Below the pieces are notes generated by a model. The model did no database searches. It was not told the DNA's origin and saw nothing but the letters and a program-made list of their open reading frames with translations. From the NCBI GenBank assembly GCA_963630275.1, contig CAVGMD010000001.1, positions 3,268 to 67,267 on the forward strand: a DNA stretch of 64,000 nt. The letters are read 5' to 3'. Origin of the DNA: Bacteroidaceae bacterium. GTDB lineage: Bacteria > Bacillota > Clostridia > Lachnospirales > Lachnospiraceae. Within the stretch, counting starts at the first letter, position 1. Every line of letters starts with the position of its first letter. Both the position numbers and the translations under genes were made by a program. Of the stretch, positions 1 through 8,465 are shown piece after piece.

Positions 1-284
1 TTATAGATATCCATCAGTTTTTCCGGATTGTACTGGGAAGAAAGCTCAAATTTTTCGTATATTTTTACCGTCAGGTTGGCATCCGGGAACAGCTGCTTTT
101 TGATCTCCTGTTCCGCGGTCCAGATATCTGCCTTCTGGATCAGACGGGTACTTTTTAAATACACCCGAAGAAAGTCTCTGCGCTTTGTCGCCGAGACTCT
201 CTCTACTTCTGTCTGACCCATCAGGTCATGAATGTCCGTATTCAACTGTAAATTCGGAAATACTTCAAAAAACGGTTTGCTCAT
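1..284 (-). CDS. polC: DNA polymerase III PolC-type, N-terminal fragment (gene runs off the left edge)
   Basis: My own minus-strand translation from the ATG at 284-282 gives MSKPFFEVFPNLQLNTDIHDLMGQTEVERVSATKRRDFLRVYLKSTRLIQKADIW..., open to position 1. The N-terminal pattern and the position directly downstream of ispG fit the Firmicutes ispG-polC arrangement. It is absent from the ORF track because it is truncated. Confidence 0.55.
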   Translation of the reverse strand, partial: MSKPFFEVFPNLQLNTDIHDLMGQTEVERVSATKRRDFLRVYLKSTRLIQKADIWTAEQEIKKQLFPDANLTVKIYEKFELSSQYNPEKLMDIY

Positions 285-288
285 CTAT

Positions 289-1356
289 TTAACTCCAATG
301 ATCCAATTCCTCTTTTAAGGCAGGGAGTAGCTGATCCTCCGGAAGCTTTTTAATAATCTCTCCGTGTTTGATCAACAGTCCTTCTCCGATGCCGCCCGCT
401 ACTCCCAGATCTGCTTCCTTTGCTTCTCCGGGTCCGTTCACCACACAGCCCATTACGGCTACCTTGATATCCAGAGGATAATCCTCCACCAGCTTTTCCA
501 CCCTGGTCGCCAGTCCGATCAGGTCGATCTGGGTTCTGCCACAGGTAGGGCAGGATACGACTTCGATGCCGCCCTTTCTGAGTCCCAATGTACGCAGGAT
601 CAGTTTCGCCGACTTGATCTCCTCCACCGGGTCTCCCGTCAGGGATACGCGAATCGTGTCACCGATGCCCTGACTTAAGATCAGGGACAGACCGATGGCG
701 GATTTAATATTGCCGCTGTTCACCGTGCCGGACTCGGTAATGCCCACATGCAGGGGATATACTGTCTTCCCTGCCAGCAGTTCGTGAGCCTTCACACACA
801 TTAATACATCGGAAGATTTGATACTGATGACCAGATTGTCATATCCTAAATCTTCGATCATATGCACCTTATCCAGTGCACTCTCCACAATACCCTCTGC
901 GGTCACACCGCCGTATTTCTCTACCAAAGGCTTCTCCAGGGAGCCGCTGTTGACACCGACACGGATGGGAATATTCCGCTCCTTCGCCGCATCCACCACA
1001 GCCTTCACCCGCTCCGTGCTTCCGATATTGCCGGGATTGATGCGGATCTTGTCCGCACCGTTCTCGATGGCCGCCAGCGCCATACGATAGTCAAAATGAA
1101 TATCCGCCACCAGAGGAATATGGATCTGCTTCTTGATCTCGCGGATGGCTGCTGCCGCCTCTAATGTGGGCACCGTGCAGCGGATGATCTCACAGCCTGC
1201 CTTCTCCAGACGTAAGATCTGCTCCACCGTAGCCTTCACATCCTCTGTCTTCGTATTGGTCATGGACTGGATGGCGATTGGATTCCCGCCGCCGATCTTC
1301 CGGTCGCCGATCTGTATCACTTTCGTATGCATTCTGTAAGTATCTTTATCGTTCAT
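289..1356 (-). CDS. ispG: 4-hydroxy-3-methylbut-2-en-1-yl diphosphate synthase (flavodoxin), IspG/GcpE
   Basis: 355 aa. It aligns by eye over its full length with IspG: IGGGNPIAIQSMTNT, RCTVP, and the C-terminal CPTCGR...GCVVNGPGE Fe-S motif. Confidence 0.95.
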   Translation of the reverse strand: MNDKDTYRMHTKVIQIGDRKIGGGNPIAIQSMTNTKTEDVKATVEQILRLEKAGCEIIRCTVPTLEAAAAIREIKKQIHIPLVADIHFDYRMALAAIENGADKIRINPGNIGSTERVKAVVDAAKERNIPIRVGVNSGSLEKPLVEKYGGVTAEGIVESALDKVHMIEDLGYDNLVISIKSSDVLMCVKAHELLAGKTVYPLHVGITESGTVNSGNIKSAIGLSLILSQGIGDTIRVSLTGDPVEEIKSAKLILRTLGLRKGGIEVVSCPTCGRTQIDLIGLATRVEKLVEDYPLDIKVAVMGCVVNGPGEAKEADLGVAGGIGEGLLIKHGEIIKKLPEDQLLPALKEELDHWS

Positions 1357-1425
1357 AAGGGCACCTGACCTTTCTCGTCATTCTCATCATATGACTATTA
1401 CTATACCCCTTTTTTCAAAGCCTTG

Positions 1426-2577
1426 TCAATTCGCAGAAGTGCCAAAATGCCCCGGACTGCTTTGTCTCACATACCCGGAAAGTTCCAGTTCCATCAGTGC
1501 TCTGTTCAGTGCGACAATGTCGAGATATTCCCCCTTTTCCCACAGTTCTGCGAGAATCGTCTCCGCAGTCTTCGGCACGGGAGTCAGTCTCGCATACACC
1601 TTTTTTAACCTCCCCTCCAATTGTGGATCTTTATTTTTCCTGCGCTTTCGCTTTTTCTTATAAAGGCTGTTCTCCACCGGAAGCTCCTGTCGCTCTTCCC
1701 AGCTTTGTAGAAATTCCTCCAGAAACTGTTCCGGCGAAAGCACCACTCCCGCGCCCTGGTTTAACAGCCGGTTGCAGCCGTCACTGAGCCGGTCCGTGAT
1801 CCTGCCCGGTACCACATAGACATCTCTGCCCTGCTCCAATGCCATATCCACGGTGATCAGTGTTCCGCTCTTCTGCCTGGCTTCGATGACGACCAGGGCA
1901 TCCGACAGTCCGCTGACGATACGGTTCCGGGGCGGAAAATATGCCGGCATAGCGCGTACTCCCGGCGCATAGGTTGAGAGCAGTCCTCCCTCCCTGCTCA
2001 GCTCTTCATACAATCCTCTGTTCTGGCTGGGGTAACAGATGTCCACGCCGCATCCCAGCACGCCGTAGGAGGCACCACCCGCTGACAGCGCTGCCTGCTG
2101 GCTGATGCCATCGATTCCTCTCGCCATGCCGCTGATGACCTGGATCCTGCGGGTGCCGAGATACCTCCCCAGTTCCTCCGCCACATATCTGCCATACTCC
2201 GAACATTCCCTGGCACCGATGATCGCCACCGAAGGAATTGTATCCTCCGGGAGCCCTCCTTTAAAAAAAATTCCATACGGTGGATCCGGTATGGTCAATA
2301 ACTTTTTCGGGAATCCTTCCTCCCGGGAAAACACCAGATGGATCTGCTTCTCTGCAAGCTGTTCGTAATCCTGCCTCCAGGTATCCTCTTTTTTCTGCCG
2401 AGCCATATACTCCGCAATGGATTCACTCACACATTCTCTCCAGCCCTCCACTCCGGCTTCGTAGATCCCCTGCGGTGAACCAAACCGCTCTTCGAGCTGC
2501 CCCGCACGGACACCGCCGATCATGGGAATGCTGCATAGGAAATACGCATACATTCTCTCTGTTTCCGTCATATTCAT
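1426..2577 (-). CDS. dprA: DNA-processing protein DprA (Smf)
   Basis: 383 aa. It has the DprA Rossmann-like core (IIGARECSEYG, ISGMARGIDG, PPRNRIVSGLSDALVVIEA..SGTLITVD.A...GR.V..VPG) and a C-terminal winged-helix-like tail. Confidence 0.9.
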   Translation of the reverse strand: MNMTETERMYAYFLCSIPMIGGVRAGQLEERFGSPQGIYEAGVEGWRECVSESIAEYMARQKKEDTWRQDYEQLAEKQIHLVFSREEGFPKKLLTIPDPPYGIFFKGGLPEDTIPSVAIIGARECSEYGRYVAEELGRYLGTRRIQVISGMARGIDGISQQAALSAGGASYGVLGCGVDICYPSQNRGLYEELSREGGLLSTYAPGVRAMPAYFPPRNRIVSGLSDALVVIEARQKSGTLITVDMALEQGRDVYVVPGRITDRLSDGCNRLLNQGAGVVLSPEQFLEEFLQSWEERQELPVENSLYKKKRKRRKNKDPQLEGRLKKVYARLTPVPKTAETILAELWEKGEYLDIVALNRALMELELSGYVRQSSPGHFGTSAN

Positions 2578-2604
2578 ACTGTCCTGTTTCCTTTCCTTAA
2601 CCCC

Positions 2605-4149
2605 TTAGTTCCAGTATTCCTCCGAAGGTCTGTAGCAGGCGGCTTCCAGCAGATGTTCCTTCGTAATCTCCTCCCGTCCCTCCAGATCGGCGATGGTGCG
2701 CGCTGTTTTTAAGATCCTGTGATATGCCCTGGCGCTTAAGGCAAGCGCATGATACAGCTGTTCCATCACCTTTTTTTCTTCCGTTCCGAGGACACAGTAT
2801 TTTTCCGCATCTGAAGAAGAGACATCTCCGTTGAACCGGTAATCGGTGCCTGCGTATCTCTTTTCCTGCATTTTCCGGGCAGCACCTATTTTCTCCCGCA
2901 TCTCTTCGCTGCTCTCTCCGGCACCGTTTTTCTGCAGATGTAAGATATCCACCGGTTGCAGCTCCACACACAGATCAATGCGGTCCAACAGCGGTCCCGA
3001 CACTTTTCCCAGGTATTTCTCGATCTGGGGCTGTGTGCAGCGACATTTGTTCCGATCCGGAAAGTATCCGCAGGGACAGGGGTTCATGGCCGCCACCAGC
3101 ATGAAATCGGAAGGATAGGTGATCAGTCCCGCACTCCTGGCAATCTGTACCCTGCGTTCTTCCAGGGGCTGACGCATGCTGTCCAGCACCGCCCGCTGAA
3201 ACTGCGGCAGTTCATCCAAAAACAGCACACCCCGATGCGCCAGCGACACCATCCCCGGTCGCGGTACCGCCGCTCCTCCACCGATCAGCGCCGCCAAAGT
3301 GACATTTTGATGAGGTGCATAAAAAGGTCTCTCTGTAATCAGTGCCTGCTCCGGTGGCAGAAGCCCTGCCACACTGTAAATGCTGGTGACCTCCAGACTT
3401 TCCTCCAGAGTAAGCTGCGGTAAGATTCCGGGAATCCTGCCGGCGATCATGGACTTGCCAACACCGGGCGGTCCCATCATTAACAGATTATGAAAGCCTG
3501 CTGCCGCGATCAGCGCACCTCTCCTGGCGCTCTCCTGTCCCGCTACCTCCCGGAAATCTCCTCTTTTGCCTCCCTCGCTGCATTTCAACAGATCCTCCGG
3601 GCAGACTCTCGGTCTATATATTTTCTCTTCATCCTCCCCGGGATATAACAGTGCCATAAACAGTTCCCCCAAATTCCCAACTCCCCATACTGTCACTCCC
3701 GGGATCACCGCTGCCTCCAGGGCATTTTCTCTGGGAACAATGACTCTGCTTATCCCCTGTCTGGCCGCCTCTCTTACAATGGGAAGAACTCCTTTTGCTT
3801 TTTTGATCTCACCGTTTAATCCCAGTTCCCCTAAAAACAGCGTGTCTTTCACCGCGTCCTCTTTCAGAAGTTCCATATCCTGCAACAGTCCGATGGCTAT
3901 GGGCAGGTCAAATGCGGTACCGTCCTTCCGTCTGTCCGCCGGTGCCAGATTCACGGTAATATGGCCAGGTGGAATCTGAAAACCTGAATTTTTCATGGCA
4001 ACACATACTCTTTCCCTGGATTCTCTCACTTCACTGCCCAGGGAACCCACCATCAAAAAAGCCGGCAATCCTCCCGCCAGATCCACCTCCACGCGGATCA
4101 GATACGCCTGCAGACCGCAGACCGCGCCGGAATAAATTGTAGAAAACAT
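2605..4149 (-). CDS. comM: YifB/ComM family Mg-chelatase-like AAA+ ATPase
   Basis: 514 aa. It has an N-terminal Lon-protease-like domain (GLPAF.MVGL....V.ESRERV), Walker A MMGPPGVGKSM, and VLFLDELPQF. It sits immediately upstream of dprA. Confidence 0.9.
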   Translation of the reverse strand: MFSTIYSGAVCGLQAYLIRVEVDLAGGLPAFLMVGSLGSEVRESRERVCVAMKNSGFQIPPGHITVNLAPADRRKDGTAFDLPIAIGLLQDMELLKEDAVKDTLFLGELGLNGEIKKAKGVLPIVREAARQGISRVIVPRENALEAAVIPGVTVWGVGNLGELFMALLYPGEDEEKIYRPRVCPEDLLKCSEGGKRGDFREVAGQESARRGALIAAAGFHNLLMMGPPGVGKSMIAGRIPGILPQLTLEESLEVTSIYSVAGLLPPEQALITERPFYAPHQNVTLAALIGGGAAVPRPGMVSLAHRGVLFLDELPQFQRAVLDSMRQPLEERRVQIARSAGLITYPSDFMLVAAMNPCPCGYFPDRNKCRCTQPQIEKYLGKVSGPLLDRIDLCVELQPVDILHLQKNGAGESSEEMREKIGAARKMQEKRYAGTDYRFNGDVSSSDAEKYCVLGTEEKKVMEQLYHALALSARAYHRILKTARTIADLEGREEITKEHLLEAACYRPSEEYWN

Positions 4150-4306
4150 AAACTACCTCCTTTATTTTTGTTATATAAATTTTGTTATATAAATAATGAA
4201 AAAATGGAAAACGATTGCAGAAATTCTGCGGAATGTCCCGAAGGACAGTTACTTGAAAAAACTTGATAATACTTAGAAAAAAGAAGGAAAACGAATACCT
4301 ATGCCC

Positions 4307-4334
4307 CGGCAGCCCACGATACCGTAAGCTGCCG
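4307..4334 (-). terminator. Weak hairpin downstream of pilT (possible terminator)
   Basis: CGGCAGC (4307-4313) pairs with GCTGCCG (4328-4334) across a 14-nt loop. On the minus strand a T-rich tract (TTTTCCTTCTTTTTT) begins only about 10 nt after the stem, so this is not a textbook intrinsic terminator. Confidence 0.3.
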
Positions 4335-4355
4335 ATGGCTTTTATTACATCTTGA

Positions 4356-5408
4356 TCAGATCTTATTCTCCATGCTGTCGGGATCCTGTGCAAACTGGAT
4401 CGCATGCTCTCTGTCGATCTTACCTTCAAAATAGAGCTGGACAATGGCTTCGTCCATGGTAATCATGCCAAGCTTCCGGTTCGTCTGCATGACACTTGCC
4501 AGCTGATGGGATTTGCCCTCACGGATCAGGTTACGGACCGCATGGTTGGCATGCATGACCTCAAACGCTGCCACACGGTGCTTACCGTCCGCGGTAGGGA
4601 TCAACTGCTGAGAGACTACGGCTTCCAGGGTATTAGACAGCTGTACTCTGATCTGTTGCTGCTGATGGGGCGGGAAGACATCGATGACACGGTCTACGGT
4701 ACTGGCGGCACCGATGGTATGCAATGTGGACAATACCAGATGTCCGGTCTCCGCTGCCGTGATCGCTACGCTGATGGTCTCGAAATCACGCATCTCTCCC
4801 ACGAGGATGACATCGGGGTCTTCACGAAGGGCTGCCCTTAAGGCATTAGCATAATTGTTGGAGTCGATGCCGATCTCTCTTTGGTTGACCATGGACATCT
4901 TATGCTGATGCAGATACTCGATGGGATCTTCCAGAGTGATGACATGGGCATCTCTGTTGTTGTTGATCTTGTCGATAATAGCAGCAAGGGTGGTGGATTT
5001 ACCACTTCCGGTAGGTCCGGTGACCAGTACCAGTCCTCTTTTTCTCTGATAGAGATCCACTACGGATTCCGGCACACCCAGTTCTTCCGGAGATGGCACC
5101 ACGGTACCTACCAGACGGAATGCCAGTGCCACAGAACCTCTCTGTTTATAGGCATTGACACGGTAACGTCCGCAGTTGGGGATGGAGAAGGACATATCGT
5201 ATTCTCCCCGTTCCTCGAAACGTTCTCTCTGTACTTCCGTCATAATATTGACTAATACCTCCAGGGTATCCGCAGGAAGCATCTTCGGGTAATCCATGGT
5301 GATCAGGTTACCGTTTACACGCATCTTCGGCGGAATACCTACCGTAAGATGCACATCACTTGCTCCCGCCTCCTTGGCGGCTCTGAGTATTTCTTCGATC
5401 GTCGGCAT
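4356..5408 (-). CDS. pilT: Type IV pilus twitching-motility (retraction) ATPase PilT
   Basis: 350 aa. It shows ASDVHLTVG.PP..R..G, Walker A GPTGSGKST, the Asp box LEDPIEY, and GHLVLSTLHT. A GAGGAG RBS lies 6 nt upstream, and only 12 nt separate it from the upstream HD-domain gene. Confidence 0.85.
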   Translation of the reverse strand: MPTIEEILRAAKEAGASDVHLTVGIPPKMRVNGNLITMDYPKMLPADTLEVLVNIMTEVQRERFEERGEYDMSFSIPNCGRYRVNAYKQRGSVALAFRLVGTVVPSPEELGVPESVVDLYQRKRGLVLVTGPTGSGKSTTLAAIIDKINNNRDAHVITLEDPIEYLHQHKMSMVNQREIGIDSNNYANALRAALREDPDVILVGEMRDFETISVAITAAETGHLVLSTLHTIGAASTVDRVIDVFPPHQQQQIRVQLSNTLEAVVSQQLIPTADGKHRVAAFEVMHANHAVRNLIREGKSHQLASVMQTNRKLGMITMDEAIVQLYFEGKIDREHAIQFAQDPDSMENKI

Positions 5409-5420
5409 AATTACTCCTCG

Positions 5421-6494
5421 CTATTTCTTGAATATGTATCTGTTATCCATGGTCTTCATGACATCCACGATGTGAATATCTTCGTTCTCCGGAAGTGCCA
5501 GATTCAAAATACTGTTATCCCAGAAACTTACCAGTGTGGGACGCAGTACATTTTCTTCATTTTCATTTAATACCAGTGCCTTTTCCCCGGTGCTGAGTTC
5601 CACGCTGGCTCCGGGCGGCAGAATATTGATGGAACGGATCAGTGCCCGCACCGCCTCCGGATCATAGACCTCGGGGTGCTCTGTGAATTCCTGGATGGCT
5701 TTCACTTCCGACTGTGCGGTGCCCTGTAACGTCATGGCAGTGATCTCATCGTAGCGGTTCGCCACCAGCAGGACATTCGCTCCCGTCAACATTTTGTACC
5801 GGCTCTTCACTCCGTCTGCCGGGAACAGATCCAGCTGCTTTCTCGCCGCCTGCTGACAGATTCTGCGAATATTCGTTCCATCGGTTGCAAAAGCTTCCGC
5901 GATCATCTCATAAGCTTCTTCCTGGGTCTCACAGTTTCTGAGCATGTCTTCCCCGGAGTAGGGTGCTCCGTAATACACAGCATCTTTTTTTCTCAGTTTT
6001 CCCATATCGTGGAGAATTGCAGCACATACCGTATGATACTGTTCTTCCCGTCTTACATTCATTACATGGGTGATCATGGCACAGAGTATTGCCACATTCA
6101 GGGAATGTCTGGAGACATAATCCTCCAGGCTCCTCAGATTCTGATAGAAATTGATCTTCTCATCCAAATGTCCGTAATTACGGATGACCATGTCTGCAAT
6201 TGTCTGGGTACGACTCTGTCTCCTGGTCTTCAGGATACGCTCCTGTTCCTCCTCGATGGCGCCAACTGCCTTGATCTGGAACCGTTCAAACTCCAGGTCC
6301 TCCTGTGTCATGGGAGGAAGCGGTTCTGCCGGTTCCAGCACGTAGACGCCGATCAATCCGAAATTGCGGATACTTTCTATTGCCTGTACTGACAAAAGGG
6401 AATTCCGGTCAAACAAAAGAATACTTTTTTTATTATAAACAGGCCTCGCCAGACGCATTCCTGTCTTCAGTTCTTCCGTTCTCACAAAGTGCAT
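5421..6494 (-). CDS. HD-domain protein, degenerate HD-GYP-like (putative signalling or receptor protein)
   Basis: 357 aa. It has H..(SRHSLNVA) and the LHDMGK HD dyad, plus the VANRYDEITA segment typical of HD-GYP proteins. It lacks the HHE..DG.GYP motif. The N-terminal ...TGMRLARPVYNK... region resembles the accessory domain of HD-GYP proteins. Confidence 0.65.
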   Translation of the reverse strand: MHFVRTEELKTGMRLARPVYNKKSILLFDRNSLLSVQAIESIRNFGLIGVYVLEPAEPLPPMTQEDLEFERFQIKAVGAIEEEQERILKTRRQSRTQTIADMVIRNYGHLDEKINFYQNLRSLEDYVSRHSLNVAILCAMITHVMNVRREEQYHTVCAAILHDMGKLRKKDAVYYGAPYSGEDMLRNCETQEEAYEMIAEAFATDGTNIRRICQQAARKQLDLFPADGVKSRYKMLTGANVLLVANRYDEITAMTLQGTAQSEVKAIQEFTEHPEVYDPEAVRALIRSINILPPGASVELSTGEKALVLNENEENVLRPTLVSFWDNSILNLALPENEDIHIVDVMKTMDNRYIFKK

Positions 6495-6533
6495 CCCTGT
6501 CCCCCCTTTATCCTGTGTAGTAACACTATTACC

Positions 6534-6562
6534 AATATATCACAGCGCCGTACTCTTGACAA
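6534..6562 (-). promoter_or_regulatory. Sigma-A-type promoter candidate for the HD-domain/pilT operon
   Basis: On the minus strand: TTGTCA (6562-6557), a 17-nt spacer, then TATATT (6539-6534). This is about 40 nt upstream of the ATG at 6494, which has a G-rich RBS. Confidence 0.45.
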
Positions 6563-6569
6563 GCCTGCG

Positions 6570-7205
6570 TTATTCTTCCTTCAGCTCTGCTGCCAGCTTC
6601 TGCAGTGCCCTTTTTTCCATGCGGGAGACATAGCTTCTCGAGATTCCCAAAGTATCTCCCACTTCCTGCTGTGTATGCTCTTTGTATCCTAAAATTCCGT
6701 AGCGCATCACCAGAATCCGGTACTCCCGCTCGGTCAGACAGTGGTCTAACGCCACCAGCAGACGCTTTCTGTTCCTCCCCAGTTCCAGGTCTTCTACCAC
6801 ATCTCTCTGCTTCTCTTCGATCACATCCAACAGATGAATGGCATTGCCTTCCTTATCCTGCCCGATGGGTTCGTACAGAGAGACTTCTCTGGACAGTTTT
6901 TTGCGGCTGCGCAGCATCATCAGAAGTTCATTGTCGATGCAGCGGCAGGCATAGGTAGCCAGTCTCCCTTTGCCGGAATCAAAGGAATTCACCGCTTTGA
7001 TCAGACCGATACACCCTATGGAGATCAGATCCTCCATATCTTCCTCTACATTTTGGTATTTTTTCGCAATATGCGCCACCAGACGCAGGTTCCTCTCCAC
7101 CAGAATCTCTTTCGCCTGTCTGGCTTCTTCCACGGTACCTTCCCTGAGCATACGGATATAATAAGCTTCTTCTTCCGCGGTTAATGGCTGTTGAAAGGTC
7201 TTCAA
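6570..7205 (-). CDS. sigK: Sporulation sigma factor SigK (sigma-27), encoded without a pro-sequence
   Basis: 211 aa. It closely resembles B. subtilis mature SigK: FQQPL, NLRLVAHIAKKY, EDLISIGCIGLIKAV, ATYACRCIDNE, the SigK signature EPIGQDKEGN.I.L.DV, and ISRSYVSRMEKRAL. The TTG start at 7205 has a GGAGGTG RBS 6 nt upstream, and an in-frame TAA lies 12 codons upstream. Confidence 0.8.
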   Translation of the reverse strand: MKTFQQPLTAEEEAYYIRMLREGTVEEARQAKEILVERNLRLVAHIAKKYQNVEEDMEDLISIGCIGLIKAVNSFDSGKGRLATYACRCIDNELLMMLRSRKKLSREVSLYEPIGQDKEGNAIHLLDVIEEKQRDVVEDLELGRNRKRLLVALDHCLTEREYRILVMRYGILGYKEHTQQEVGDTLGISRSYVSRMEKRALQKLAAELKEE

Positions 7206-7234
7206 AGAGCACCTCCGTGGACAGTTGCTTATGA

Positions 7235-7262
7235 TAGTTTATGTGTTTTTCTGTCCACAAGT
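7235..7262 (-). promoter_or_regulatory. Mother-cell (sigma-E/sigma-K type) promoter candidate for sigK
   Basis: On the minus strand: AC, 17 nt, then CATAAACTA (7243-7235). This matches the AC-N16/17-CATAnnnTA sigma-K consensus and is close to the sigma-E -10 element CATACAnT. It is motif matching only. Confidence 0.3.
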
Positions 7263-7285
7263 GCCTGTCAGTCTCCTACGGATCT

Positions 7286-8440
7286 TCAGAATAAAAACTG
7301 TGCCATGACGTAATTGCTGACATCCAGTCCTCTCTTGGTCAGTGCTAGGTAACGTCCCCTGTTTTCCTCTTCCCTTACCGTCAGCAGTCCGTCCGCTGCA
7401 TTTTTTGCGATCACTTCTCCGTAGACCTCTTCCAGGCTTTTTCCGTACTGTTTTTCGAAATCTTCGTAAGACACGCCTCTGACCAGACGCAGCCCTAAGA
7501 ACATGGTCTCCTCCATCTGTTCCTGTGTGGTAAGGCTCTGTTCTTCTTCCCGACAGGCAAACGGATGTGCCAGATACGTGTTAAGATCTCTTCCGTTCTG
7601 AAATCTCACATTGTCGATCAAGGAAGCCGCCCCTATGCCGAATCCCAGATAATCTCTCCGGATCCAGTAGCCCACATTATGTCTGCATTCATAACCGTCT
7701 AAAGCATAATTGGAGATCTCATAGCGATGAAAACCGTATCCCGCCAGCACCTCTATGGTCTCTTCGTACATGGCACGCTCCGTATCTTCCTCCGGCAGTG
7801 GCAGCTCTCCCCTCTCCGCCATTGCCGCAAAAGGGGTTCCCTCCTCCACGATCAGACTGTAGGCTGAGATATGCTGCGGCATGGGTTCTAAATGCAGTAC
7901 CTTTTCCAGTGTGTCCCTATAGCTTGCAAGGGTCTGCCCCGGCAGTCCGCTCATGACATCCACATTGATATTCGTAAAACCAGCCTCCACCGCCTCCCGG
8001 TATACCTGACAGAAACCGTTAAAATCATGGATCCTGCCAAGTATCTTCAGTTCCTGCTCCTGCGCCGACTGCATGCCGATGCTGAGCCGGTTGATCCCCG
8101 CCGCGTAAAACGCTGTGAGTTTCTCCGCAGTGGCAGTACCCGGATTGACTTCCATGGTGATCTCCGCATCCTCCGCCAGGGTAAATCCTTCCCAGATATA
8201 TTCCATCAGCTGATTTATACAGTCTCCGGATAACAGAGATGGGGTTCCTCCGCCGATAAATACGCTGGTTACGATACGGTCTTTATAATCTTTTGCTCTT
8301 CCCTCAATCTCTGCAAAAAGTGCAGCCATATAGGCTTCCCGGGTCTGCTCCGTGGCAGGGGCAGACAGGAAATCACAATAGCTGCACTTTTTTACGCAAA
8401 AGGGGATATGAATGTATAATTCCAGTTCCTTCGGATTCAT
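7286..8440 (-). CDS. hemW: Radical SAM heme chaperone HemW (HemN-like, coproporphyrinogen III oxidase family)
   Basis: It has the radical SAM motif HIPFC..KCSYCDF and the classic lepA-hemW linkage. I prefer the ATG at 8440 (AAAGGAG RBS 4 nt upstream) to the track start at 8479, which overlaps lepA. Confidence 0.85.
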   Translation of the reverse strand: MNPKELELYIHIPFCVKKCSYCDFLSAPATEQTREAYMAALFAEIEGRAKDYKDRIVTSVFIGGGTPSLLSGDCINQLMEYIWEGFTLAEDAEITMEVNPGTATAEKLTAFYAAGINRLSIGMQSAQEQELKILGRIHDFNGFCQVYREAVEAGFTNINVDVMSGLPGQTLASYRDTLEKVLHLEPMPQHISAYSLIVEEGTPFAAMAERGELPLPEEDTERAMYEETIEVLAGYGFHRYEISNYALDGYECRHNVGYWIRRDYLGFGIGAASLIDNVRFQNGRDLNTYLAHPFACREEEQSLTTQEQMEETMFLGLRLVRGVSYEDFEKQYGKSLEEVYGEVIAKNAADGLLTVREEENRGRYLALTKRGLDVSNYVMAQFLF

Positions 8441-8465
8441 ATTGCTCCTTTTTGTATAGAACTCG

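Noticed and set aside
4031-4444. A 137-aa minus-strand ORF spanning the comM-pilT intergenic region.
   Set aside because: It overlaps the 5' end of comM and the 3' end of pilT in other frames and runs through the AT-rich spacer and a hairpin. It has no RBS or recognisable motif.
6570-7285. A skin-like prophage or recombinase interrupting sigK.
   Set aside because: The sigK ORF is continuous from region 1.2/2 through region 4.2 (ISRSYVSRMEKRAL). It is flanked directly by hemW and the HD-domain gene, with no insertion and no recombinase.
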